The translations under genes and the position numbers were made by a program. From an uncultured Pirellulales bacterium (GTDB taxonomy: Bacteria > Planctomycetota > Phycisphaerae > Sedimentisphaerales > Anaerobacaceae), in NCBI GenBank assembly GCA_964567045.1, contig CAZMLE010000015.1, positions 225-64,224 of the forward strand: DNA of 64,000 nt, read 5' to 3'. The notes below the pieces were generated by a model. It was not told the DNA's origin. It did no database searches and saw only the letters and a list, made by a program, of their open reading frames with translations. Shown piece after piece: positions 18,611 through 26,644 of the stretch (positions are counted from its first letter, which is position 1; every line of letters starts with the position of its first letter).

Positions 18611-20245
18611 GTGCGAGTAGCATTGGGACAATTCAATGCGACGGTCGGCGATTTGGCCGGCAATGCCGAGAAGATGCGCAACATCTACGCCCAGGCACTT
18701 AAAGGCGGCGTGGACTTGCTGGCCTTTCCAGAAATGGCGGTTTGTGGATATCCGCCGGAAGACCTGCTGCTGAAAAAACACTTCGTCGAAGATGCCCGTG
18801 CGGCGGTGGAGAAACTTGCCGCTGACTGCCCGGACGCTACCCTGATAGTCGGTTTTGCTGAAAGCTATCAGGGCAAAAGGTACAATTCAGCCGGCGTGCT
18901 GCGCAAAGGCCGGATAGAGAAAATCTATCGAAAAGGTCTGCTGCCGAATTATGGCGTGTTCGATGAGCGAAGGTACTTCGAGCCTGGAACCGAGCCGCTG
19001 ATAATAAGGTTAAAAAGCCTGAATATTGCCATCACCATCTGCGAAGACCTCTGGGATATCAATTGGCTTGGGCGCTTTCTCAAGAATGTCGGCCCAATTC
19101 AGCTAATTGTTAATATTTCCGCCTCGCCCTTCCACACGGGCAAGATTACCGCAAGGCAGGAATTGCTCAGCCGATGCGCCCAAAAGTTCAACTGCGCAGT
19201 TGCCTACTGCAATCTTGTCGGCGGACAGGACGAATTGGTTTTTGACGGTCGAAGTATGTTTACCGACTCGGCAGGAAATATCATCGCCCAGGCCAAAGCA
19301 TTTGAGGAGGATTTGTTAATCACAGATATCGGGGATCGGGCATCGGGGATCGGGCATCGGGCATGCGGTCACCCAGCCGACCCTATTGAGGAAGTTTACC
19401 AGGCGCTTGTGCTTGGAACCCGAGATTATGCCCGAAAGAACGGCTTCAAGAAGGTCTTGCTGGGGCTAAGCGGAGGCATCGATTCTTCCGTCACTGCGGC
19501 TATCGCCGCTGCCGCTTTGGGACCGGAAAATGTTGTCGGAATCACAATGCCGTCAAAGTTCAACAGCCCACAGACCATTTCAGATGCCGAAAAACTGGCA
19601 AAGAATCTGGGCATCGAATTTCATACCATCCCGATTGGGCCGGTCTTAGAGCAGTTCAACAAGGTATTGCAGAGCATACCGGGCTGGGACGGTAAAGGTA
19701 TCGCCTATGAAAATCTCCAGGCCAGAATCCGGGGCACTATGCTTATGTCACTGAGCAATCGGTTGGGCTGTCTTGTACTAACCACCGGCAACAAAAGCGA
19801 GACCTCGGTTGGCTATGCGACTCTTTATGGTGACACAGCCGGCGGCTTTGCTGTGATAAAAGACGTGCCCAAGACGATGATTTATAAATTGGCCGAGCAC
19901 ATAAACAAACACGCTGGCCACGAGGTTATGCCGGCGGACGTGATCACCAGAGCACCAACAGCAGAGTTGAGGCCCAACCAAAAGGACACCGATTCACTGC
20001 CGGAGTATGACCTGCTTGATAAAATCATCGAGTTTTACGTCGAGCAGGATATGTCACCGCGCCAGATGGTTGAATCCGACCTGCCGCAAGATGTGGTCCT
20101 TAGCGTCATTCGCATGGTCGATAAAAATGAATATAAAAGAAGGCTGTCGCCGCCGGGCATAAAAATTACGCCCAAGGCCTTTGGGAAAGACCGCCGACTG
20201 CCGATAACCAACCGCTACAGTATAGTGAAAAGTGAGCTAAAATGA
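18611..20245 (+). CDS. nadE: Glutamine-dependent NAD+ synthetase (CN-hydrolase domain plus NAD synthase domain)
   Basis: N-terminal nitrilase-like domain (FPEMAVCGYP, ITICEDLW). C-terminal SGGIDSS ATP-pyrophosphatase motif. GTG start. Confidence 0.9.
   Translation: MRVALGQFNATVGDLAGNAEKMRNIYAQALKGGVDLLAFPEMAVCGYPPEDLLLKKHFVEDARAAVEKLAADCPDATLIVGFAESYQGKRYNSAGVLRKGRIEKIYRKGLLPNYGVFDERRYFEPGTEPLIIRLKSLNIAITICEDLWDINWLGRFLKNVGPIQLIVNISASPFHTGKITARQELLSRCAQKFNCAVAYCNLVGGQDELVFDGRSMFTDSAGNIIAQAKAFEEDLLITDIGDRASGIGHRACGHPADPIEEVYQALVLGTRDYARKNGFKKVLLGLSGGIDSSVTAAIAAAALGPENVVGITMPSKFNSPQTISDAEKLAKNLGIEFHTIPIGPVLEQFNKVLQSIPGWDGKGIAYENLQARIRGTMLMSLSNRLGCLVLTTGNKSETSVGYATLYGDTAGGFAVIKDVPKTMIYKLAEHINKHAGHEVMPADVITRAPTAELRPNQKDTDSLPEYDLLDKIIEFYVEQDMSPRQMVESDLPQDVVLSVIRMVDKNEYKRRLSPPGIKITPKAFGKDRRLPITNRYSIVKSELK
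19328..19369 (+). repeat. Heptanucleotide tandem array, GC-rich class, in frame inside nadE (6 units, 42 bp)
   Basis: ATCGGGG ATCGGGC ATCGGGG ATCGGGC ATCGGGC ATGCGGT. Encodes IGDRASGIGHRACG in the inter-domain linker. Confidence 0.8.
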
Positions 20246-20326
20246 CTAAAATGCCTAAAGTGAGCTAAAGGTAAAACTAACAATTTTAGGCACTTTAGGC
20301 ACTTTTAACTTTGGTCAGTCTGTCTT

Positions 20327-21679
20327 CTATCTACCTGCCAGAGCGTCTGCAATTGCCCTTGCGAAGCCGTTGGCTGCTATTGGACCGGTTGCCGTTATTA
20401 TAAGGCCGTCCCGTTCAACCGGAACGCCGGTATATCTGGCGCCGGCTCGCTCAAGTGTCACTCGTTCGGAAATGAAGCTCGTGGCTCTGACGCCGCGAAG
20501 CACACCTGCGTTGGCCAGAATCGTAGGCGCCACGGAAATCGCGGCGAGCACTTTTCGCTTTGCTGCTGCCTCGCGGGCGATATTTAGCGCCACTGGACTA
20601 TTGAAATATAGCTTTGCTCCCGGCCCTCCGACGAAAATGATTGCATCGTAGTCATCGACACTCAGGTCGGTTATCGCAACTGTGGCCTCAGCCGTGTTTC
20701 CAAGCATGCCTCTTGTGGTTCCTATCCTTGTACTGGCAACAACCGTCAGGGCACCTGTCATACCAAGAAAACGCTTGGTATCAAAAAGCTCCCCGTCTTG
20801 AAAATTCTCAGCGGGGATAATGAAGACGGCCTTTCTCGGTCTTGCGGGAATTTGCTGGGGCGGTGTTATGGTCGTTAGGTCTTGTCCTGGCCCTGTTGAG
20901 ACCTGTTCAGCCGGATAACCAACGGCAACTATGTAAAGCGGCTCGGTGTTTCTCGGCAGGTTGCATGCGCTTCTGGCATTTCTTGGGTCAAAATCGCCGA
21001 TTGCGGCAGAACCTAAGGCCAAGTTGACAGCCTGAAGCTGGATATTTTGAGCGATATGCCCTGCCTGCAATAGGATAAGCTGTCTGGCCTTACCGCTGGA
21101 ACGGATGCCAATATCTCTCAGAGAGGAGGTAAGAACAAGACAGCAGCCGGCTGAAGCCACCGCCTCGGGGTTTATGGTTGCCGCCGCCAATCCGCCTCGC
21201 GCATCCATATTCAGGGTTTGTTGCAGGCTGTGTGTATCAGGATTGTATAGATAGACTCCATCTTGCGTCGCCAGATATAACTGTATTGGGTGGGCTTCGC
21301 TCTCTGACAGGGCCGTTCGAGAACGGGTTGGCGCTGGCGCAACTGGTTGGGCCTGCCTTTCCATCGTGGCAAGACCAGCCCAGGCCAACTGCCCGATCTG
21401 AGCAGGTTTAAGGCCTTGCCCGTTAAACCGTTGCGCCCCGATGTATCGGGGCTGGTTGGCAAAGGTTTCCTCAAGGCTAAGCGAGCCGGTCAATTTTGCC
21501 TCGGGAAGCTGAATTATTTTTAGGGTTGAACCACGAGGCCCCCGCGTACGCGGGGGGACCCCGCTTCCCGGGAGGCCAGCCAAACAAATCGCCACAAGAC
21601 CCGGTAAGATTACTGCCACCGCGCAAATAAATTTGAAATTTGAAATTTGAAATTTGAAATTGCCCGATACACGTTTCAT
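20327..21679 (-). CDS. Secreted fusion of a nitroreductase/SagB-like domain and a DJ-1/PfpI-like domain
   Basis: Nitroreductase-like: LILLQAGHIAQNIQLQAVNLALGSAAIGDFD. DJ-1/PfpI-like: YDAIIFVGGPGA..VLAAISVAPTILANAGVL. Signal peptide present. The start is uncertain because the N-terminus contains repeats. Confidence 0.7.
   Translation of the reverse strand: MKRVSGNFKFQISNFKFICAVAVILPGLVAICLAGLPGSGVPPRTRGPRGSTLKIIQLPEAKLTGSLSLEETFANQPRYIGAQRFNGQGLKPAQIGQLAWAGLATMERQAQPVAPAPTRSRTALSESEAHPIQLYLATQDGVYLYNPDTHSLQQTLNMDARGGLAAATINPEAVASAGCCLVLTSSLRDIGIRSSGKARQLILLQAGHIAQNIQLQAVNLALGSAAIGDFDPRNARSACNLPRNTEPLYIVAVGYPAEQVSTGPGQDLTTITPPQQIPARPRKAVFIIPAENFQDGELFDTKRFLGMTGALTVVASTRIGTTRGMLGNTAEATVAITDLSVDDYDAIIFVGGPGAKLYFNSPVALNIAREAAAKRKVLAAISVAPTILANAGVLRGVRATSFISERVTLERAGARYTGVPVERDGLIITATGPIAANGFARAIADALAGR
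21629..21662. repeat. Heptanucleotide tandem array, AT-rich class (about 5 units)
   Basis: AAATTTG x4 plus AAATTG. Falls in codons 6-17 of the 20327-21679 ORF (NFKFQISNFKF). Confidence 0.8.
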
Positions 21680-21934
21680 TTTTCGGTCCTCCCAAGCAGA
21701 TTTTCTTGTTCATTGTTCATTGTATTTTGTTCATTGTTTTTAACTACGAACTATGAACAAAAAACTCAGAACCAGAAATGGATCCAGTCGGAGTATATTA
21801 TACATTCCGGCCTGAAAATGCGCGGACAAATAGAAAAGATTTGGCGGAAAATCCAATCCGTCACATCTCTGCCTGGGCAGGGAACCGAGCATCGAGAATC
21901 GGGGATCCAGGATGGAGACGTGTCTGTTTGTGAT

Positions 21935-23479
21935 TTAGACGTATAATGCGGTTTGAGTGGGCAGCGGCAAAAAGACGGTGAAGGTGGAGCCTTTGTCTAA
22001 TTCGCTTTCGACCTCAATTCTGCCGCGGTGCATATTTACGATTTCTTTAACGATAGCCAGGCCCAATCCTGTGCCCTTGATCTGCTTGCCTGGGCGTGGC
22101 ACGCGGTAAAATCGGTCGAAGATTCTTGGAAGAGCCTCTTTGGGTATCCCCATACCAGTGTCACTAACCCGTATGAGTAATTCTTGCCCAAGTCGTCGGG
22201 CACAGATGCTGACCTGACCACCATGCGGCGTAAACTTGATTGCGTTACCGACCAGGTTCATGACCATTGACTGAATCTTGCCCTCGTCACCCTGCAGCAC
22301 GCCCAGGTTGTCGGCAATATCTACTTTTAATTGGATACCCTTTGTGTCGGCTAAGTGCTGTACCGCTGACAGGACCTGTTGTACGACAGCGGTGATATCC
22401 ACAGGCTCTCGCGAGAATTTGACCGTGCCGGACTCAATCCGTGACACTTCCAGAAGCGCTTCGATCAGATTCTTCAGAAGGTCTGATTCCTCATCGATGA
22501 CGGTCAAAAACTTGTGCTTGGTCTGCTCGGTCATATCGTGGTCGCGTAGTATGGTTGTGATATAGGCCTTAATTGCTGTCAGCGGCGTGCGCAGCTCGTG
22601 TGTGACCGAAGAGATGAAGTCGTTTTTCATCCGGTCAATTTCACGCTCACGGGATACATCGCGCAGTACCGTAACAATGCCCAACATCGTGCCGTCATTC
22701 TTGCGGATGGGAGCTGCCGTAGCCGAGATTGGACATTCCCTGCCGTCTCTGGTGATAAGAGCGTCACGGTCACCGCCGTTTTCCATTTGTCCAGAACTTA
22801 GTACCTTGTCGATAGGACTCTCGACCGGCTTCTTCGTCTTCTCGTCAATGGGATGGAAAACTTCATCGACTATTTTGCCTTGGACTTCGTGGTATTTCCA
22901 TTTGGTCAGATTCTCAGCTACTTTGTTGAATAGGATGATTCGCTTTTGGACATCTACCGCAATGACACCCTCACTCATACTGCAAAGAGTCACCGCCAGA
23001 AGTTCTTTCTCTGCTGCGAGCTGTTCTGTTCGTTCTTTGACCAGGGCCTCGAGGTCATTATGGTACTGTTTAAGGGCATCTGTGGCCTTTTTGTGTGCCA
23101 GGGCTTTTTCTACCACCTGTGGCAGGATTTTCAAATAGTTGCGCTGCGCATCTTTTATGATATAGTCATAGGCCCCTGCCTTCATTGCCTTGATAGCGAT
23201 TTCCTCGTCTCCAGCGCCGGTGGCAAAAATCACCGGGCTATCGTCGGTCAGTTGCAAGACGTCAAAGGCCGTCCCATCACCAAGAAGATAATCGACAACT
23301 GCTACGTCAAATTTGTCAGAAGTTAAGATGCTTTTTGCCTGGGCAAAAGAGCCGGCTATAGTGTAATCGTATGAAAGCCCTTGCTGTTTGACCAATCGCT
23401 CGAAGGCTGCCTGATCGATCTTATCGTCTTCGACCAGCAGGATTCTGCATCTGGAATTTTCCGTAATCTCAGTCTCCAT
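21935..23479 (-). CDS. Hybrid sensor: receiver domain - PAS - HisKA - HATPase_c histidine kinase
   Basis: Receiver ILLVEDD..VAVVDYLL. PAS segment. H-box SSVTHELRTPLTAI. ATPase N/G boxes NLVGNAIKFT, DTGMGI, GTGLGLAIV. Start set to METEITEN (23479), which avoids overlap with the upstream gene. Confidence 0.85.
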   Translation of the reverse strand: METEITENSRCRILLVEDDKIDQAAFERLVKQQGLSYDYTIAGSFAQAKSILTSDKFDVAVVDYLLGDGTAFDVLQLTDDSPVIFATGAGDEEIAIKAMKAGAYDYIIKDAQRNYLKILPQVVEKALAHKKATDALKQYHNDLEALVKERTEQLAAEKELLAVTLCSMSEGVIAVDVQKRIILFNKVAENLTKWKYHEVQGKIVDEVFHPIDEKTKKPVESPIDKVLSSGQMENGGDRDALITRDGRECPISATAAPIRKNDGTMLGIVTVLRDVSREREIDRMKNDFISSVTHELRTPLTAIKAYITTILRDHDMTEQTKHKFLTVIDEESDLLKNLIEALLEVSRIESGTVKFSREPVDITAVVQQVLSAVQHLADTKGIQLKVDIADNLGVLQGDEGKIQSMVMNLVGNAIKFTPHGGQVSICARRLGQELLIRVSDTGMGIPKEALPRIFDRFYRVPRPGKQIKGTGLGLAIVKEIVNMHRGRIEVESELDKGSTFTVFLPLPTQTALYV

Positions 23480-23492
23480 GCGGCGGCTCACT

Positions 23493-23912
23493 TTAATCCG
23501 CCATACGTTGGGCGGATAAAGTCCAGCGCAGGTCAACCGTCCTGACTGCCTCGACAAACTTTTTGTAATCCACAGGCTTAACTATGTATCCGGCAACACC
23601 AAGCCTAAGACTTTCAACCACATCGCGTTCTTTTTCAGAGGTTGCCAGCACAACAACGGGAATTTTTGCCAGCGATTTATGAGCCTTTAAGGTTTTCAGA
23701 AATTCGATGCCGTTGGCTTCCGGTGTCGTCAAATCCAGAAGGATAAGGCATGGTTTTTTGCCACCTTTGGCTCTTAGATATGCCGACGCCTTTTTGGCGT
23801 CAGGTATATCTACCAATTGGTTTGTGACCTTCAAATCCTTGAGTGCACGCTCAACAGTCACTGCATCCGCTCGGTAAGCTTCGACCAGCAATATTGGTTT
23901 GGAACTTCGCAT
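23493..23912 (-). CDS. Single-domain response regulator (CheY-like receiver)
   Basis: ILLVEA..CLILLDLTTPEANG..PVVVLATS..GYIVKP. GGAGG SD before ATG 23912. Confidence 0.8.
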   Translation of the reverse strand: MRSSKPILLVEAYRADAVTVERALKDLKVTNQLVDIPDAKKASAYLRAKGGKKPCLILLDLTTPEANGIEFLKTLKAHKSLAKIPVVVLATSEKERDVVESLRLGVAGYIVKPVDYKKFVEAVRTVDLRWTLSAQRMAD

Positions 23913-24166
23913 CTTCGCCCCTCCTTTCTCACTTTGACTGTGGCGAGGTAGATAGTACCTGCTGGCCGTAGCTGCTAAAGGGTGATGGCTCCAGCAAGGG
24001 TCGACTCGGGCAGCGGTACTATCTATCAGCAATCAAGAACGCTCGATCATATATCTATGGCTGCGAAAGAATCGCAAACGGGAAACGAACACCACGCATT
24101 TGTACACGCGCACACCCCCATATAGCTGGCCAGCTCCTTTCAAGATGAAAATCAACAGGAGCGGGT

Positions 24167-24562
24167 TTACCTGCCTTCGGTATTGACGTACTTTTTCAAT
24201 TTTTTCCGCAGCGTTCTGCCCAACTGTGTTGGATCAAAAGGCTTTGTTATGTAATCGTCCGCGCCTTCATACAGCGCCCTGCCCACGTCGGCCATCATTC
24301 CCTTAGCCGTCAACATAAAGACCGGTATGTTCTCTGTTTTTTTGTCCTGTTTGAGCCGGGAGAGCACCTCCAATCCGTCCATTCCAGGCATCATCCAATC
24401 CAACAGAATCAAGTCGGGCATCAACTCGGCGGCGATTTCCAGAGCACGGGCCCCGTTATCAGCCTGATGTACCTCAAAGCCGTCCAGCTGTAGGTTGTAT
24501 TGCAAGACCCTGCGGATATGCTCTTCATCCTCAACTACCAAAACAGAGATCCGCTCATTCAT
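24167..24562 (-). CDS. Single-domain response regulator (CheY-like receiver)
   Basis: VLVVEDEEHI..DLILLDWMMPGMDG..PVFMLTAKG..DYITKPF. Start set to MNERISV because the upstream track codons run into a heptamer array. Confidence 0.8.
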   Translation of the reverse strand: MNERISVLVVEDEEHIRRVLQYNLQLDGFEVHQADNGARALEIAAELMPDLILLDWMMPGMDGLEVLSRLKQDKKTENIPVFMLTAKGMMADVGRALYEGADDYITKPFDPTQLGRTLRKKLKKYVNTEGR

Positions 24563-24613
24563 CGTAAACTCCCCGTCTGGTTTAACTTGGTTTTTGCAGA
24601 ATGGACTCGCAGT

Positions 24614-24648
24614 GAAATTGAAGATTTTCAATTGTCGATTTTCAATTT
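24614..24648. repeat. Heptanucleotide tandem array, AT-rich class (5 units)
   Basis: GAAATTG AAGATTT TCAATTG TCGATTT TCAATTT. Confidence 0.7.
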
Positions 24649-24745
24649 CCCCCTGCTCACCCCCAGTTTATAACCCCCACAAACGAGTGTTTCCTAACAC
24701 GTTTGTCGGTCAAGTTATCGTCATATTAGCAAGGCGATTTCACTC

Positions 24746-24780
24746 AAAATTACCAATTGAAGATTGAAATTTGAGAATTT
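24746..24780. repeat. Heptanucleotide tandem array, AT-rich class (5 units)
   Basis: CAAAATT ACCAATT GAAGATT GAAATTT GAGAATT. Confidence 0.7.
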
Positions 24781-24820
24781 TATGTGCCCCGACTTGATCG
24801 GGGGCTTCTGAGTCGGCATC

Positions 24821-24849
24821 TTGACAGTTTGCCGCACATACCGTACTAT
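24821..24849 (+). promoter_or_regulatory. Sigma-70-type promoter for the membrane-protein/dxr/rseP/glyA gene string
   Basis: TTGACA (24821-24826), 17-nt spacer, TACTAT (24844-24849). First ATG at 24869. Confidence 0.5.
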
Positions 24850-24868
24850 CGCAATTGTGGGCGAAAAG

Positions 24869-25408
24869 ATGCTAATCATTCTGCTGGTGGCAGTGAACCT
24901 GGCAGCCGGGTTCGGTTTTGCAGTTCCTATCGCCAGGCTGCTGGGCGGTATAAGCGGTCGGCCGGGCAGAATTCTTCGCTGCCTGGCAGTCCTTATCGGG
25001 ATATATTTTGTGGAGTGCGTTGCCTTTTCTGCCGGGATGTGCACGCAGGTCTTTAGCGTAGGGTTGGCTTTCCTCTGGGGCATCATCTTCGGCTTATGGC
25101 TGCGCAGCCGGACATCGGCACGCAGAGCTTTGACGGCATCGTTTTTGGTATCTATTTATACCAGCCTGCCGACAGCTTCTTTTTGTATCCTCATCCCCGT
25201 GGCAGGGCTTGTCGGAGGAGGACATATTTTAAGTGCTCAGGAGGGAACCAGCTTTGGCATTCCTGATTTTCTGCCGTGGCCGTTTAACACTATATTTGGT
25301 TTTTTTGCAGCCCTTTTGATAGGCACACTTGTATTCAAAACGATAATTACAACTGGCGAAGTTAGCCTGCTCATTCATCTTGGAGAAAACCCCGCTATTG
25401 GGCGTTAG
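24869..25408 (+). CDS. Integral membrane protein, unknown function
   Basis: Five to six hydrophobic helices. The track TTG start coincides with the -35 hexamer, so ATG 24869 is preferred. Confidence 0.55.
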   Translation: MLIILLVAVNLAAGFGFAVPIARLLGGISGRPGRILRCLAVLIGIYFVECVAFSAGMCTQVFSVGLAFLWGIIFGLWLRSRTSARRALTASFLVSIYTSLPTASFCILIPVAGLVGGGHILSAQEGTSFGIPDFLPWPFNTIFGFFAALLIGTLVFKTIITTGEVSLLIHLGENPAIGR

Positions 25409-25413
25409 CATTT

Positions 25414-26619
25414 ATGACAAAACGTATCGCCATTTTAGGTTCGACTGGTTCGGTGGGCAGAAAGGCACTGCGGGTAATAGATGCACTTGGCCCTGAGTAC
25501 GTGATTATCGCATTGAGCGCTCACACAAGCGTTGAGCTTTTGGCTGAGCAGGCCAGGCGTTACAGGCCGAAATACGTCGCCGTCACAGATGCCAAGCATG
25601 CGGCGAAGGTTAAGGATTTGGTCCGCGATTTGGACGCAGAGGTTCTGGCCGGGCCGGAGAGTCTGGTTGAGATCGCAGACCTTGAAGAGGCTGATATTGT
25701 TCTTACTGCCGTTGTCGGCGCTGCCGGTCTGTCCTCGGCTTTATCGGCCGCCAAGAAGGGCAAAAAACTTGCTATCGCCAATAAAGAGCCGCTCGTTATT
25801 GCAGGTGAGCTGCTTACAAAAACCGCCAGCCAGAGCGGCAGCACAATTTTGCCGGTGGACAGCGAGCACTCAGCGATTTGTCAGGCTATGCGGTCAGGCT
25901 CACGCCAGGAAGTTAGTAGAATCATACTGACTGCTTCGGGCGGGCCATTTAGAAAAGCCGGCATCGAGGATTTGCAGTATGTAACGCTGGAGCAGGCGCT
26001 GGCTCACCCAATATGGGACATGGGGCCGAAAATAACTATTGATTCGGCGACAATGATGAACAAGGCCTTCGAGGTTATCGAGGCCCACTGGCTTTTTGAT
26101 ATGCCGGTGGAAAGGATAGAGGTTCTGGTCCACCCGGAGTCAATAGTTCATTCGCTGGTTGAATTTGTGGATGGCTCGGTAATCGCACAAATGGGTCAGC
26201 CCGATATGTGTCTGCCGATTCAGTATGCTCTGACGTATCCTGCGCGTGTTGCCGGGATCGGCAAGCCTCTCCGGCTGGAAGAAATTGGCACGCTTACGTT
26301 TGAGAGGCCGGATTTCCAGACGTTTCGTGCGCTGCCGTTAGGGTACGAAGTTGCGCGGACAGGCGGCACGGCGCCGGTGGTTTTCAATGCTGCTAATGAG
26401 GCCGCCGTGCAAGAGTTCCTGGCGGGTACCATTAAATTTGTTAATATAGTTGAGCTAACCGAGCACTGCCTGAACAAACATAATGTTAAAAGACAGGTCG
26501 GCCTTGAAGAATTACTTGAGGCGGATGCCTGGGCAAGAAGAGAGGTCAAAAATAGTCTAAAGCAAAAAGCGTTTAGCCGTCGTCGCCACGGCGACGGTCA
26601 AATCCAAATCACGATTTGA
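25414..26619 (+). CDS. dxr: 1-deoxy-D-xylulose 5-phosphate reductoisomerase
   Basis: ILGSTGSVG NADPH motif, LANKE, DSEHSA and HP.W.MG motifs. The C-terminal tail SRRRHGDGQIQITI is read through a GC palindrome. Confidence 0.9.
   Translation: MTKRIAILGSTGSVGRKALRVIDALGPEYVIIALSAHTSVELLAEQARRYRPKYVAVTDAKHAAKVKDLVRDLDAEVLAGPESLVEIADLEEADIVLTAVVGAAGLSSALSAAKKGKKLAIANKEPLVIAGELLTKTASQSGSTILPVDSEHSAICQAMRSGSRQEVSRIILTASGGPFRKAGIEDLQYVTLEQALAHPIWDMGPKITIDSATMMNKAFEVIEAHWLFDMPVERIEVLVHPESIVHSLVEFVDGSVIAQMGQPDMCLPIQYALTYPARVAGIGKPLRLEEIGTLTFERPDFQTFRALPLGYEVARTGGTAPVVFNAANEAAVQEFLAGTIKFVNIVELTEHCLNKHNVKRQVGLEELLEADAWARREVKNSLKQKAFSRRRHGDGQIQITI
26576..26599. repeat. GC-rich palindrome of the GCCGTCGCCG family
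   Basis: GCCGTCGTCG-cca-CGGCGACGGTC. A 9-10 bp stem inside the last codons of dxr. Confidence 0.6.
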
Positions 26620-26644
26620 CTCTTTCGCGAGACAGGAATCACTA

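Noticed and set aside
22587-23138. 183-aa plus-strand ORF and neighbours inside the histidine kinase gene
   Set aside because: It lies antisense to a gene with full HisKA/HATPase motifs, and its Ser/Arg-rich composition is typical of antisense frames.
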